Assembly (NCBI RefSeq): GCF_964204645.1
Contig: NC_134030.1
Location: 6,738,778 to 6,802,777 of the forward strand
Direction: 5' to 3'
Origin: Tubulanus polymorphus
Taxonomy: Eukaryota; Animalia; Nemertea
Length of the DNA: 64,000 bases
Position 1 is the stretch's first letter. Each line of letters starts with the position of its first letter. Below, in pieces: positions 38,900 to 52,100 of the stretch. The translations under genes were made by a program, and so were the position numbers. A model generated the notes under the pieces. That model was not told where the DNA came from, made no database searches, and was given only the letters and a program-made list of their open reading frames with translations.

Positions 38900-41040
38900 T
38901 CACATATGATTACTGCTGCTTATGTCGGCCATCGTTCTTTTCGTTTGAATGCTCAAGGAATCTTCATACATCGACGAAGCCGGGTTTCTGGTGAACGACA
39001 CACCGACGAATCTCATACACGACAGCACCCTGCGCTTCATAACCAGACGAACCTCGTTGCCGGAAATGACGTAGATGAAGAAATTTATGCCGTAGTTCAT
39101 CTGATAGAAGAACTCGATGATTTCACGAGCCGGTAACTCGCCGCTGATCGAGCCGAAATATCGCTTGACGACACCTTCGAAGATCCAGGCGGGAAGGGTC
39201 AGAATCAAGAACGAGCATGTTAGCAAGAGTAACATGGCGGTGATTTTGTTACGCGCTTTGGACGAAACTTTGCTGGTGTCGGTCGGCCTGTGGCGGAAAA
39301 GCGAGAAAACTACCAAAGCATTGCTTATTATGATGACTAGTGCTGGTATATACTCCATGGGAAAGCCGAGATAGAGTTGGGTAATCCATCCGATTTCCTG
39401 CGGGACCGCGCAGAAGTTTACATCACTCACGAAACGGATGTAAATGATATAATATAGCGTGGACAGAATGGCAAATATGAAGACCCCGACGATAATCAAT
39501 CTTGCGACCTTTGGACTGAGCCTGGTCGTAATAAACGGGAACCAGACGATAAGAAAACGCTCGAACGCAATAGTAGCCATCATCCACGCACCCGTTATCT
39601 GCATCACATCTGGAATACCTGCGAGTGAACAAAACAGTCCATCATTAATTACTGAATTTGTCTTAACCCTGTTTTTTGAACATAAGAATACCGATATATT
39701 GACTTTGTCGTCCAAGTCTAGGCTTCAGAATTTAACGCTTCAATCATATATTCAACTGGTTAGATTGCCAGCGCCCATCATCGACATATTCAAGACGTAG
39801 GCTTCGTATTTATGGCTTTTTGTAGTCATACCAACGTTCACAAGCGAATCGGGTCCTAGTTCAACAGATGTGAGCTACGTTTAAATCAGAACGGTGGAAC
39901 TGGCACCTGTATTATATCGGGACTTATTTCGCATTGGCGACACGCGAATTTGATGAATACAGAGCTAATTCCCTTTCTCTCTCTCGGTACTAATCCCCTC
40001 CGTATATTTGTACAGAGCTAGGGAGACAGGAAATAGCACATCGTTTGAAGACTTTTTCTCGCTTTGTATCCGTATTACTGCAATAGTGCAATTCACTGTC
40101 AAAAATATACCAGTGAGTGAGGAAATAACTGTCATAATTCATATCAATTCTAATTATAGATATTATTAGCATCACTCATCAATGTGGCGAATGCTTCTTT
40201 TCTAAGTTTGGATTTTAATATCTTCACCTAATACTTTTAAACAATAAGAATCTGCATCTTCTGTATAAGGGGGAAATGTCGAGATCCCTACAAGCAAAAC
40301 AGTCATTGGTAGTTTGTATCACTCCCATAAGAGATTTATAAATCGTTATCACAATTGTCTCTAACTTCTTTAGTTTCTTATATTTCACACACATAGCTTA
40401 GGTCTGAAACAACTAAGATATATTTAGAAAATTGTAATGATATTCCTGAGTCATGTTTGGGAAATTCTGGGAGCTTTTAAAAAAATAACAGTTATAGGCT
40501 CCTACTTTTTTCGGCAGCAGTATCCATAGCAACCTTGCCTGATCATACAGGACAGGTGGCAGCCCTCTCAACAATGTTCTGGCTACGCTCCTGAAAGAAA
40601 TGTAATATAGGCCCTAACTTATACAGAATTTGCATACCTTCACCGAGGATACAGCCGACATCGTTATAAAAACCAATAACCGCTTTCTTTCCCATAGCCA
40701 ATAAAATCATGTTCAACCAAGAACAAAACCGTACCGACAGCATGGCGTTGTCGCAAACAGCTAAGGTGGCGATGTACCAGGCGTATGTGTGCTTTCTCAT
40801 AGCGCTGTCCATCATTATCACCAGGGTCATCGTGTTACCGAAAAACCCGACCAAAATTATCATGAATGTCCCGATGAATCTCATCCACCGGACCCATTCG
40901 GGCAACTGATTTATGTCCCAGTAGAGGTTGGCAATCAAAGCTGGCCAATACTCGAGAATCCATTGCGTCTGAGATCCTACGGCGGTTGTACCGTTAGGGG
41001 GCGTCATGGTTTCCGTTGGAATGGTGGTGAATGTCGTCAT
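38900..41040 (-). CDS. Rhodopsin-class peptide GPCR, FMRFamide-receptor/Srw-like group, 2 coding exons, ~373 aa
   Basis: Exons 41040-40638 and 39618-38900 joined by a phase-1 intron (GCILGE G IPDV). Motifs: TM1 GFFGN, TM2 LAVCD, TM3 AFERFLIVWFP, TM6 FLILTLP, TM7 NYGINFFIYVISG. Thr-rich N-terminus with an NGT sequon. Confidence 0.88.
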
Positions 41041-44000
41041 TCTTACGACTATCTTTCTTCTGGCCGACGTCACTTCCGCCGTAAACACTGCAAAAAGCGG
41101 TACCTGAAAATATCATACGAGAAAATCACAGATATATGCGATCAGCTACGATCTCACTTTGATGGTTTCGACGAGACAATACTCGCAACTGGTGGTAAAG
41201 TTGGAACTGATCAATGCAGCAAAAAACAAGGAAACGAACTTTTAAACGCATGGATAATCCTCACGTCAAACACCTCATATAATCCTATTATTCTATTCTT
41301 TACATCTAAAACTGCTCCACAAAATGCTGGATTGGAAAGTAATCAGTCCTAATGACTGAACGCGAATCGTTTGACATTTAAACCGTCCATAGCAAAGCTG
41401 GATTTCTATTGGAAACGCACAGTTTCCCTCACTAATACAATTTGTCGCGAAAGTCAAATTGATCGACTACACATCCTTAATGAATAGCTGTTGATTAGCT
41501 ACGATATTTACCTTCCATCGTCAGATAATTAATGACTTCCAATAAATATTCATTCATCAGTCATTTTACAGGAAATTACACGAAATTACGGATTCATTCA
41601 AAATATGCATCTACGTGTAAAAAGACGAATTATGAACCCACTTTCGAAGTTGGTGTTATTTTTCGCTTGGGTTAACAGGTTCTTTTACACCATATTGATG
41701 AGGTAGGGTTCCTAAATTGCATCGAAGATCACCTACGTACCATATTGTCACATTGGAAGGTCTTGAAGTTGCGGGGTTAGAAGGTACATTCAACAGCACT
41801 GTTTGAGAAGGGCCGAACTGTAACTCTATGTCGGGAAACTAACTCCTGATGGTTTTGTACATTGAGAAGGGGAGATGAAGAAAAATAAGTTTAAAATAAT
41901 GTCATCAGCTAACGCTTGACGCAGAACAAATGGAATCGGACTGACATTACCTGAATTGATCTATAGGTTACTAAAAGCTACATTATGAAATTTATACAAA
42001 GTGCGTGGTAGCGATTTCAACGTTTGTTTATTAAAAAGTTGTTGTTGTGAGGTAAGTTTGACTTAATAGTTACGATGGATTCATTTTCAATGATCTAACC
42101 CATTTCACATTGTACGTTAGGCAGTCCACGGTGTCCTGTATCCCGGATGTCACATCTCTTACGAACTGTTAAGCGTGTACGTGTTGTGTGAAAAAAATCC
42201 TTTCGGTAAATCAGGCAATTTGTCACTTTCAGAAACAAATCGCCCATTTAGGCCACAACGTGTTCCACGCTATCAATCAATTGATAATCTACGTTTGATA
42301 CACCTGAAACTAAAATCTGCGTACGTGGACGGAAGAAGCTTATTTTATAAGCTTCGTAAAGGATGAAACCAGTTATTTGTAGAAACTTTTGTACCACATC
42401 GAACAATTTCGGAAATGATATCATTTCCGGTCCTAACTGCACACACCAAATGCCATGCCGTGGCATTCCCGTGCGAATTCGCTCTGACGAAGCTTATTAG
42501 TTCGTGATTCGGTTTTATTTCCGTCCCAATCATTATATCCGATTAAGGGTCATTAGCCCCCACGTGACCAGTGTGCACCTCGAATATAAATCTAACGTCA
42601 AATTCATCGTGGAAATTGTTTGTTTGAAATCTGCGGATTTGACATTTAAACGACCACTGGTAAAATTGCCTGCAGGAAGACAGTGCGTAAAATTGATGCT
42701 GCATTTAGTTCGATTTGATTTCTCGATTACAACTTGATCAGTTTACGCAAGAATATTTCGGTATCAAAATGAAGCCTAAACTCTGAACCGAATCATCTAT
42801 TCTGATATTACCGGGACATATTCATAATTTCAAACAGGAGACTTTACCGCACGATCTCAATGTGTGAGTTCCGAAATTAACCAGCGTGAACAATCAGCCC
42901 GATATCTTCGTGAGGCTCGAAAGAACCACGTATCTCAATGGATTTATTATGGATGGATTAATTTTTGTCAGAACGCGCGATATTTTTCTTTATTCAATTA
43001 GTGCGAAAAGTTATCTTCCTTTTTGAAGAGCTTATCTGCTTTATCAGAACCGACGGATCAAATGGAGACTTGATTAATTATATTTCAAAACGCCGCGGAC
43101 GACATTCTCAACAAATAAATAGCGTGAGGTTGGATGTCGGCGAAATTCTTTCGTTTGCATTTTAGATCATTTTCTCAGTCGATTCGAATCTCGTCTTTTA
43201 ATTTTCCGCGTTATACTTTCCGTTCTAAACCAGCTTATATTTGACCGGAAGCTGTTCGATTTATCAAACCTTCCCTATTAGTACAATAAGAAGTTGGTAA
43301 CTATACATTATGCATAAAATGTCCATCAGGTATAGATCCTTTGCGCTGCATTTTGCGAGACGACGGCTACGTCCTAAAATTAATGCGTATCTTGAAATAA
43401 AGATCGGGATGCTCGATTAGTACGGTGACTGAATACCTCGTCTTGAATACCGTTTGTCTATTCAAGTAGTAACTTATTCCATTTTCCGTTTTGTTGTAGT
43501 AAGTTATCATTTGATTATTTTTCAACAGATTTCAACCGACATAATATGGAGAACCCCAACTGCCCGTCTGTCGTCAATGAATCATGACATCGTGTTATGT
43601 TCTTTGACAATAAAGTGAAACCATTCATGTAATAAACATTTCTAAATAGGCCCAGCGCTGAGCTCAGTTTTCTTATGCAGAATGGAAGCATCGCGATTAA
43701 AGGTATCGCGCCCTTCTCCAAAATCAACAACGGCTTCAAGCAATGTCTATACAAAAAATCAAAGACCAAACGTGAATCCGTTGACGTCTTTTCGAGAACA
43801 TTGTAAATGATTAGCTAAACAATATGATTGACACTTTGAACTGAGACTTGCTGTTATTCATATTCGGAGATCAGTCACTGTAATGAATCGTGTTAACAGG
43901 TGGAGGCAAAATGAAAACATTGCAGTGAAACACGATCTAATTAATTGAGAAGGTTCCACAATTTGCAACTTCATCGAACATTTTATAATCGTTAATCAAC

Positions 44001-46169
44001 ACAATAAGAAATGAAAGCTTAAGCTGTCGATATGAAGAAACTATGAATTTATATTCTTTATGGTTTTTTTCAGTTTCGTGTTTAATAAAAGTTACACCCG
44101 GAAACATCATTCAGTATATTATTATCTATTATGAGCCGAATTGCGTTGTGAATTTCAATGTTATAAGAGTTTTTGTGCAGAAATCATCTAATATCACCTA
44201 TATAAAGGCTCATAAAGCTAGGACCTATGAAAAGGTATAATTTCACTTAAAGTATCATGATAAACATTAACGCAATATGCGTCTAAATGTATTACAAAAT
44301 CGACGTCAACAAAGATAATAATAAACCACTCAAATTATCAAAACTTCCGATGTGCGATTTCATTTCGATAATAGCATAAACAGGCTAAATAAGGAAGTGA
44401 TGTAGGATGAATCCGAGCAAGCGAAATTCATATGATTTCAAAAATATTTCCGGTCTCTACAAATTGTCACGAACGTAATGTCGACATCTCGGAATATGAC
44501 GCGGGTACGGGTATTCACGTTTCCGCACATATTATGATCCTAGTAAGTAAAATGAACTTTCTAAACGTTGTTCTATACGGTACAATGACAATAGATACGT
44601 AAAGTTATACATGTAGTATAAAGCTAGGTTTAAGTAAAAGCGAGGTTCAATCTACACTGAAAGGTGTTGTGAAATTGCAATTGAAAATACAGTAATCGGT
44701 CAAAAGAATATTCAATGTTCAGAAAGAACTAAATCGATTAAAAGCGATTAACAAATATCACTTTTACCAAGAAGACACACATAAAAACAGTGACAGATTT
44801 ACTTACCTGGTCTGATCTTCAATCTCGTGTCTGTTTTTCATCTGATAGTAGCAGTTACAGTCTGACACTGTAATTGCATGACGTATCTCATCCCGTGTCA
44901 TACGTCACACACGTCTGCGTGGACCGGGGGAACCTCGATTCGCTCTATGATATTTCTGTCTTCAATGATATTTTATTCATAGAATGAACTAAACGTATAA
45001 ATGTTTGTATTCGATAAAATGTCTTTTTCTGACTGAATTATGCAATTGCTGCATATATGATGAATGGCTGATTTATTCACGAGTTTATTACGAGAGCAAA
45101 TGAGCAAATGCCAATGTCAATGTCTTGGGATTCACTTCAAACAAAAAAAATTTGTGTGGGATTTTGCGGGATTGAGTACTAATTGGTTACTGATTAGTTT
45201 TATAGTCCCCTATTACATAAACCTAATCGGAAGTTGCTACATATATTCCTTAAGAAAAACTGTCTGTATCTGTCTGTATCCATTCGAAAACTTGTAAAAC
45301 GAAATGATTTAGGAGTTTCGTAGTAATTCAATTGTGTATCATATCAGATGTTCAACTCTGATAGATTCTTTCTTCTACACTGTCTACAGTGGTGAATCCA
45401 TTTCATACCAGGGGAAATCGGTATGAGGTGGAAGTTCTCGGTTTTACCACCTACCACCTACCTACCATCGACGCGCTGAGAGGCTTCGGAATTGAGGGCT
45501 AAATTTATCCGACTAGTCATCGTAAGCGGAGGAAAGATTACCTGGCGCATATTAGGCAAGAAAAGAGCTAGAATGTTATACGAGAGATAGAGAGGGTAAA
45601 GCTGGGATACTTCGTATATGCATGAGTTCCACTATACGTACCCGTACTTAATCGAATCGCCAATTCTATTCCGAGAACGAATTTACACTTAAACTTCGTC
45701 ATTGTGTAGAAATAATTAATGATTAAGTTTAACACAATTCAAACCAAAACAAATGAACACCACCGATATTTTTCTATGCCTTTACGTGACTTATAGCTCT
45801 GGGGACGGCTGAATTTGTTCATAATGATGAGAAGTATAATGAAAAAAATAATGATAGTAGTTATATGAGTAGTTATAAGTTCTCTACGATTTCATAAATA
45901 CGCTCGGAAAACGAATTACCCGCCAATGGCCTCGATCAATCACGTCTGGCGATATTTAATTGTGGTTTATGTACGAGGGTGGGATACCGGGAGGGGCAGA
46001 TCTGTATATTTCTAACCATCATCATCATTAACATTATTCAATTCCACTCGGCCGAACATAAACCACAGCTGCAGAAGGAAGAAAGCCGTGAACATTTCAT
46101 CAGATTCATTCCCGACATTCACATATTCACCTTTTATCATCATTATCCAATCTACATTATTCATCAAAA

Positions 46170-49100
46170 ATGTCCAACCGAACTATGAACTATGGCATGG
46201 ACAGTGCTTTACATAAACGAGTGAGTATTTTTTCAACGCACGTAGTATAGTAGTTCATTCATTCAAAGTTTAGTAGATTTATACTACATATTTACACGAG
46301 TATCGTTTCAATCACCTGCATGATCGACTTGGAGCGCGTCAAAAAATAGATCGCCATAGAAATCAGACGCTCGTATACAGCTCTAGATTAGATATGCTCG
46401 AGTTTTTATTTTGTTTTCGTAGACACGATGATAACAAAAAAACGACCATCGCTTTTATTTATTCTTAGGCGCAAAACTTTTAGTAATGTTAAAAAGAAAC
46501 TTCGCCGGCGTTTAGAACGTTCTGGTCTTGTTCTTCGAAGTTGCTCAACCCATCGCTTAGTTTTTCAAATAATGTATTTCTCTCTCAAGGCCAAACGTTT
46601 CTGGCGAGAACCCCCGACATTTTTGCGTGGCAGGTCTACTTTATATCTTTCTAGAAACAACGCGGGAATGAATTCCTCGAGTAGCAGTATAAGTCTTGAA
46701 TGTTCCATCCCCGAGATGCAAACAATAGCAGACAATTCTAATGAAAAACAAAACCCTGTATATCTTCGGAACTCATTCGATATTCTTCATCGGGTAAAGT
46801 CTTTGGTTAGATTTAAAAAAACTTTTACGATTTTGCAATCGTCGCTTTATAATTTACTCTTATGATATTGATATAGTACATGTACGTAGCTTGTCAAAGT
46901 GAAGTTTAGCTAAGCGACCGCGGAACAGCCTCCAGGGATTAGAATTGAGTATATATCCGCCAGTAAAAATAATCGCCCAACATTTCCCTGCATGGAAAAG
47001 GGTCTGGGTAGATATCGAACTTTAGGTGATGTGGAAGGTATGAAAGAATTCTCATTTAACGGAAAAAAGGATGAATCAGCAGATAAATATATCGCTACAA
47101 GACAGGTATAGCAAATGTATTCCTAATCAAACTAACTGGCTTGAATTCTCTTGAATTTGAATTTTCTCTCGTAAAAAAACAACAAAAGCTACGAGAAAAT
47201 TGTATAGTGATATTATCCTAGTGGTATAACTTTACCGCCGGGATCCGCTGGAGATAGTAGAAACAAATGAAAATCACTTCGAGTTGGCAATAGTTTACAG
47301 CAGTTTATTGGCAGTCAATTGCCATCTCATAAAGTGAGCTTTTACGTATTCCGTACATAATCCTTGGAAGCTTCTGATGATATCGATGTTCCTACATATG
47401 CAAACCTTGCATCCCCCGTCTTAGCCTCAAACCGCAACTCTTACCCAACCGAGAACCAAGAGAAGATGAAAGATAAAAAAACAAAACCCTTGTCAAAACA
47501 TACCTATAGCACATTTATTGCTATGCTTGAAATACGTTCGGTTATCTATATTGAAACGTCAGCTTATCCGCATAACCTACGTATCGTTATTTTTCATGAA
47601 AAATGTCATTCGGCCATTGAAATACTATTAGGACATGGCACATGTAAATGGACTACACGGCAAGGTTAGTTAAAATTCTGTACGCTTTTTTTGTAGTTTC
47701 AACGGTTTTGATGTTTAAACGACAAACCCATTGTCCTGGAGTACATAACAAACTTAATTTCATGTTTTTAATATCGAATCACGCATTTTGTCAAACCCGT
47801 GTACGTTCTTACGTCTCAATGTATAAATACACCCGCATAACTTGATGATTTCGATACACGTAAGTGTTAAGCAGCTAATATGTTTTCCAGTACTATACCT
47901 ACAGATTCTACACGCACCCGACGTTCTCGAACTTATTTTAGGCTTAACTTTGTATGCTGTACAAAAAAAACGGAAGTAGATATAATAATTGATAAGTGAC
48001 ATGGGGGAACAGTTTTGTTGGCGAAAAAAAGATGATTTAAAATCAAAAGTAATTTAATAGTTCTAATAACACCAAAATTTATTGGCTGTTATCTAACATG
48101 GGAAGGTCGTGGACCATTCATACATTTTATGCTGCAGAGAAACATCATTCATAACAAAGTTTCTCTAAAATGCGGCGTAATATTGTGACCGATCGTACGA
48201 AAATATTCAAATCAAGCTAAACATACCTATGCATAATTCATCGTTATAACATACGTTAACAAGAGGTAGAAACCAGCAACATTATTTCAGGTGTAAAAAT
48301 ACAGGTAACATCAAGTACTTAAGAATTCCTGGAAACATTCCAGACATTATCTGCATCTTTATGAACTATTCAACTATGCTTAACAATTATTGTGCTAACC
48401 GAGAATATCTCTACATAAATAGGCGGTTTCAGCGTGATATATTTAGATTCCACAGGATTCTCCAGAATTGCAATGATTTTGTTACTTTCATTCAAATTAT
48501 TCTGCGATGAAATGTGGATCCATGGATCCATGCTAGCCAATTTAACTTTTCGAATCCAATACACACGGTAAAGTGCGCCTCACTAGACTTCAGAGAAACA
48601 TGTTTCGCAGAACTGGAACCTTGATTCGCGAAACTTGTTTCGCTGTTTCACCAGAATAGCATTCTCTTGTGTCGCTTCTTTTGCTCGCTTTTTTCGATGC
48701 CGTGTGTATTAGGCTTTAAGCTTATAGCTAATTAACTATTAGTCAATAGACGAAGAGCTGATGATTAGGTTAGTCCGTCCGATGATACTACACTCCATTC
48801 AAGAAATTAGCGCGTTTTATCAAACCGCCGTCTTTGACTTGTGTAAAAACATCGATTACTATTTCAACTGAAGCGTCTATTAATCACATCTATAAGTAAC
48901 GAATGTTTATACACCAGGTGTGTAACAATTCTACTCTCGCAGGAATTTCTCTGTTTGGTCTGGAAATCTGAACGCAACTGTCGGTTTAGTTGAAATTATC
49001 AACATAGCTTTACCTCCTCCATCCTTCCAAAGTTCACGCCGTAGAAACCTATAAATCGTCCGAGAGATCATGCGCCCCGAAATCCTTATTTGTTTCAGGG

Positions 49101-52100
49101 TGGTTCCCCCTGGGTAACGCAAGCTACGTACAAAAGACACCCGCTGTCAACTGCGCTATTTTTTTTCTGGCTAAGACACGTTGGCCAAATATTTCAAAAT
49201 CACAATTGAGTTTTGGAAGAAATATCACGAGACGCTGAATAGAAGTTTCCCGAGCGATTTATTCTCGGATTTTTGAGAGATACAAATTTATTGCCTGCGA
49301 TATGTCTATTTTACCAAATCCAATAACTTGTGGAGAAAAATATTGAGAAAAAATGTTATGCAACACAAAACTTTTAAAACAAGATATTTGGCCAATCAGA
49401 TGACGATCCGTCAGTAACGAGATAGGGGCTCTCTCTATCTCCTGATGCGCAATGCATCATGTCGAGGGCACCTTGCTGTTAGTGTAGGTGGCTATATTTA
49501 TCTATAGAGCGGTGAAGTAGAGTTTGTCCGAGGTTGTTTTCAGTCTCAGTTTGTTCTCACTGCAAGGATACGTACGTGTCTTTTACCTTCTCGGCTGTTC
49601 GGATTTAAACATTTGAAAAATGTCGACGCACGCAGCTAATTCTGCTGTAAGTCTACGTATATTAGAAAACATATCGACTATTAATCTATATTTTTGATAA
49701 TTGAATAAATAGTTAGCATTTTCATTTGAAGGATAAATACCGGCTGTAGATTGAAAATTGTCAATCGGATTTACTTTTTTAACTCAAAATTCAGATCTAT
49801 GTTTATTCGGAATTTATCCTTCACGACTAAATAGTCTACAAACTGTAGTTTCGCTACTAACTATGATTTCTGTGCATAACTCTATTACTAACCGCTTCTT
49901 TTTATATGATAATTTTAACATAGCATTGATAAATAGATGTTAACATATGATGCTTTTAGTCGTAGACAAACGTGGAGATACAAAATTACGTAATGTTACT
50001 GGATAACGTTACTGGATATTTTCTGCCTGCAAAAATCTCATCGAAAAAAAGTATACCGGGGACTACTGTAGTTTTAGATAATGAGTGAAATTATGATGCT
50101 AATTTCTTTCGATCTCTTACACGTACGGGAACGTAACTTAAATAACATAATACGAAAATGAAATATAAGATATAAGTCAGAAGTAAATGTGGAGATATAA
50201 TTTTTAATGCGCTTATCTAAGAATTGATGCACTTGCATTGAAAATAAGTAAGCTGTAACTCGAATCGGGCAACGACAATCGCATGCAATGCGGTGAAAAT
50301 AAAAAATTTGATTCATCGTGTCGTCTACATTATAACACCTTACACGAACCTTCCGCTCATGTTGTTCGGAAAATGTGTGTACTTGTTAAAATGTGTAGCA
50401 AAACTTAGAAAATGTATACACGGCGGGAAAACATTTCTGTCTGGGGGAAAACAGCAGCATTCACGTCTTAGCAGAGGAATTCCACCCAATATTTTCTTGT
50501 AGACGATGCAGCAATCCTGCGGCAATATCGACTCTAATTTTAGCTGTCTATTTAATAGGAAATGGCGTTCATACCTTTACGAAACTTAAAACATTTGCGT
50601 AGGCCTGATTGAGCGTGGAATGCGCAGTGTCTGCTGCTGTACTGTGGGGATAGATACAGGCTGTAAAAATGTAAAATTCGAGATAAGATAAAGGATATGA
50701 AATACAGCTCGGTCGCAATCGTATCAACATTACAATTCTAAAGAAAAAATCAAAATTTGTACCTGAGTATCGAATCAAAAGGTTTAAACAGATTCTTTTA
50801 CGAGGAAGTAATTTTGCTGCGCTATATTGATGAACTACGTAATATCAAAAATACAAAAAAATACATCTTTATGCATTTTTGGTAATATATATATTATGTA
50901 TCTGGGTTCAATTTCTTGAGCATCGGCCAGTTAAAGTTAAACTTTATACTATAGATCTATTACCTGAGACTATCGATTAGCCCAATTATTCAGCATTACT
51001 GTAAGAAATGCATTTATGGAAGGGCACCTGTCATTTAAGGAAAGAACTTCAATCCATCGGACTTAAATCATTATGTTGAAAAAGGCGAGAAATTTTTATG
51101 ACGTCATGTAAAAGCATAAAGTAAAGAAACCGAATCAATGTTTTTTTATTCGCGTGGTTGTATATTTTTATATTTCAAGATAGGCGTATGCATGCTTATT
51201 AATGGTAACGCAATGGAGCGTTAGCAAGGAGATTCGCAAAGGGAACACACGCGCGCGAATAACCATCAGACGAAAACCCGGTGATGTACTCCGAAACAAA
51301 TATTTATAATCAGCGAGAAAGGAACAACGTTTTCACGATCTAGAAGCGAAGGAAGGTGCCCCTCTTTATCACATAGATCGGGTTGGGGCTATTGCAAGAT
51401 CTACACATAACGAGAGCACGCCTGCGATATAGAAATACTTTTTACAAATAGTTTATTAAGGAATAAATTGAGAACAATATTATTCGGCGCCGAGCGACGT
51501 GAAATAAAACTTGGAAGCGCGGAATAGTTCTAAGGCAGGATATCAGGTGTCGGCAGAACCACAGTTCTATTCTATTTTCGGAGACATATATACACAGACT
51601 ATCTATACCTGGGAGAACTCTGCAGCGATGTTGAGATCATCGCGTAGATGATGGAAAAACATATCTCGTTATGTAGTGCGTGAGTGTAGTATATGCATAT
51701 AATATCATTTTAAAACGCTTGTAAACTTGCAGGATTTAAGCAAAGATAAAAAATGGTGGACATCCATCAAGTACTCAAGGATCGCATGTTCTACGTAAGT
51801 AAAGGCCGTCGTTTTGTCGTGATGCAGTGAGTTTCTTGTCGTTCAGTGTTTTCAGTGTGGACCCTGTGGTGAATTTTCTCTTTCACGCCTCCTCATAGGC
51901 TAGCGCTAATCACACGTGACCACCTTATAAACAAACTCTAAATATAGTAACTCGAAATATTTCCTCTTCCTCGAAACAATATTTGTGTTTATGTTATGTG
52001 CTCTGTGGGAAACGTATAGACCGGTATTTTATCAGGTGCTTCCTTTTACATCGACGACAACGAACTCTTCCGTAGTGTCTTTCTCTTGTAGAACTTAAGA

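Noticed and set aside
44807-44850. Minus-strand exon (strong GTAAGT donor) as a coding first exon of the class A GPCR
   Set aside because: Its ATG frame does not join the receptor frame at either acceptor near 41088/41103. At most a 5'UTR exon.
46428-46865. 145-aa basic ORF in the calponin 5' region
   Set aside because: No recognisable domain or convincing splice linkage; likely a chance intronic ORF.
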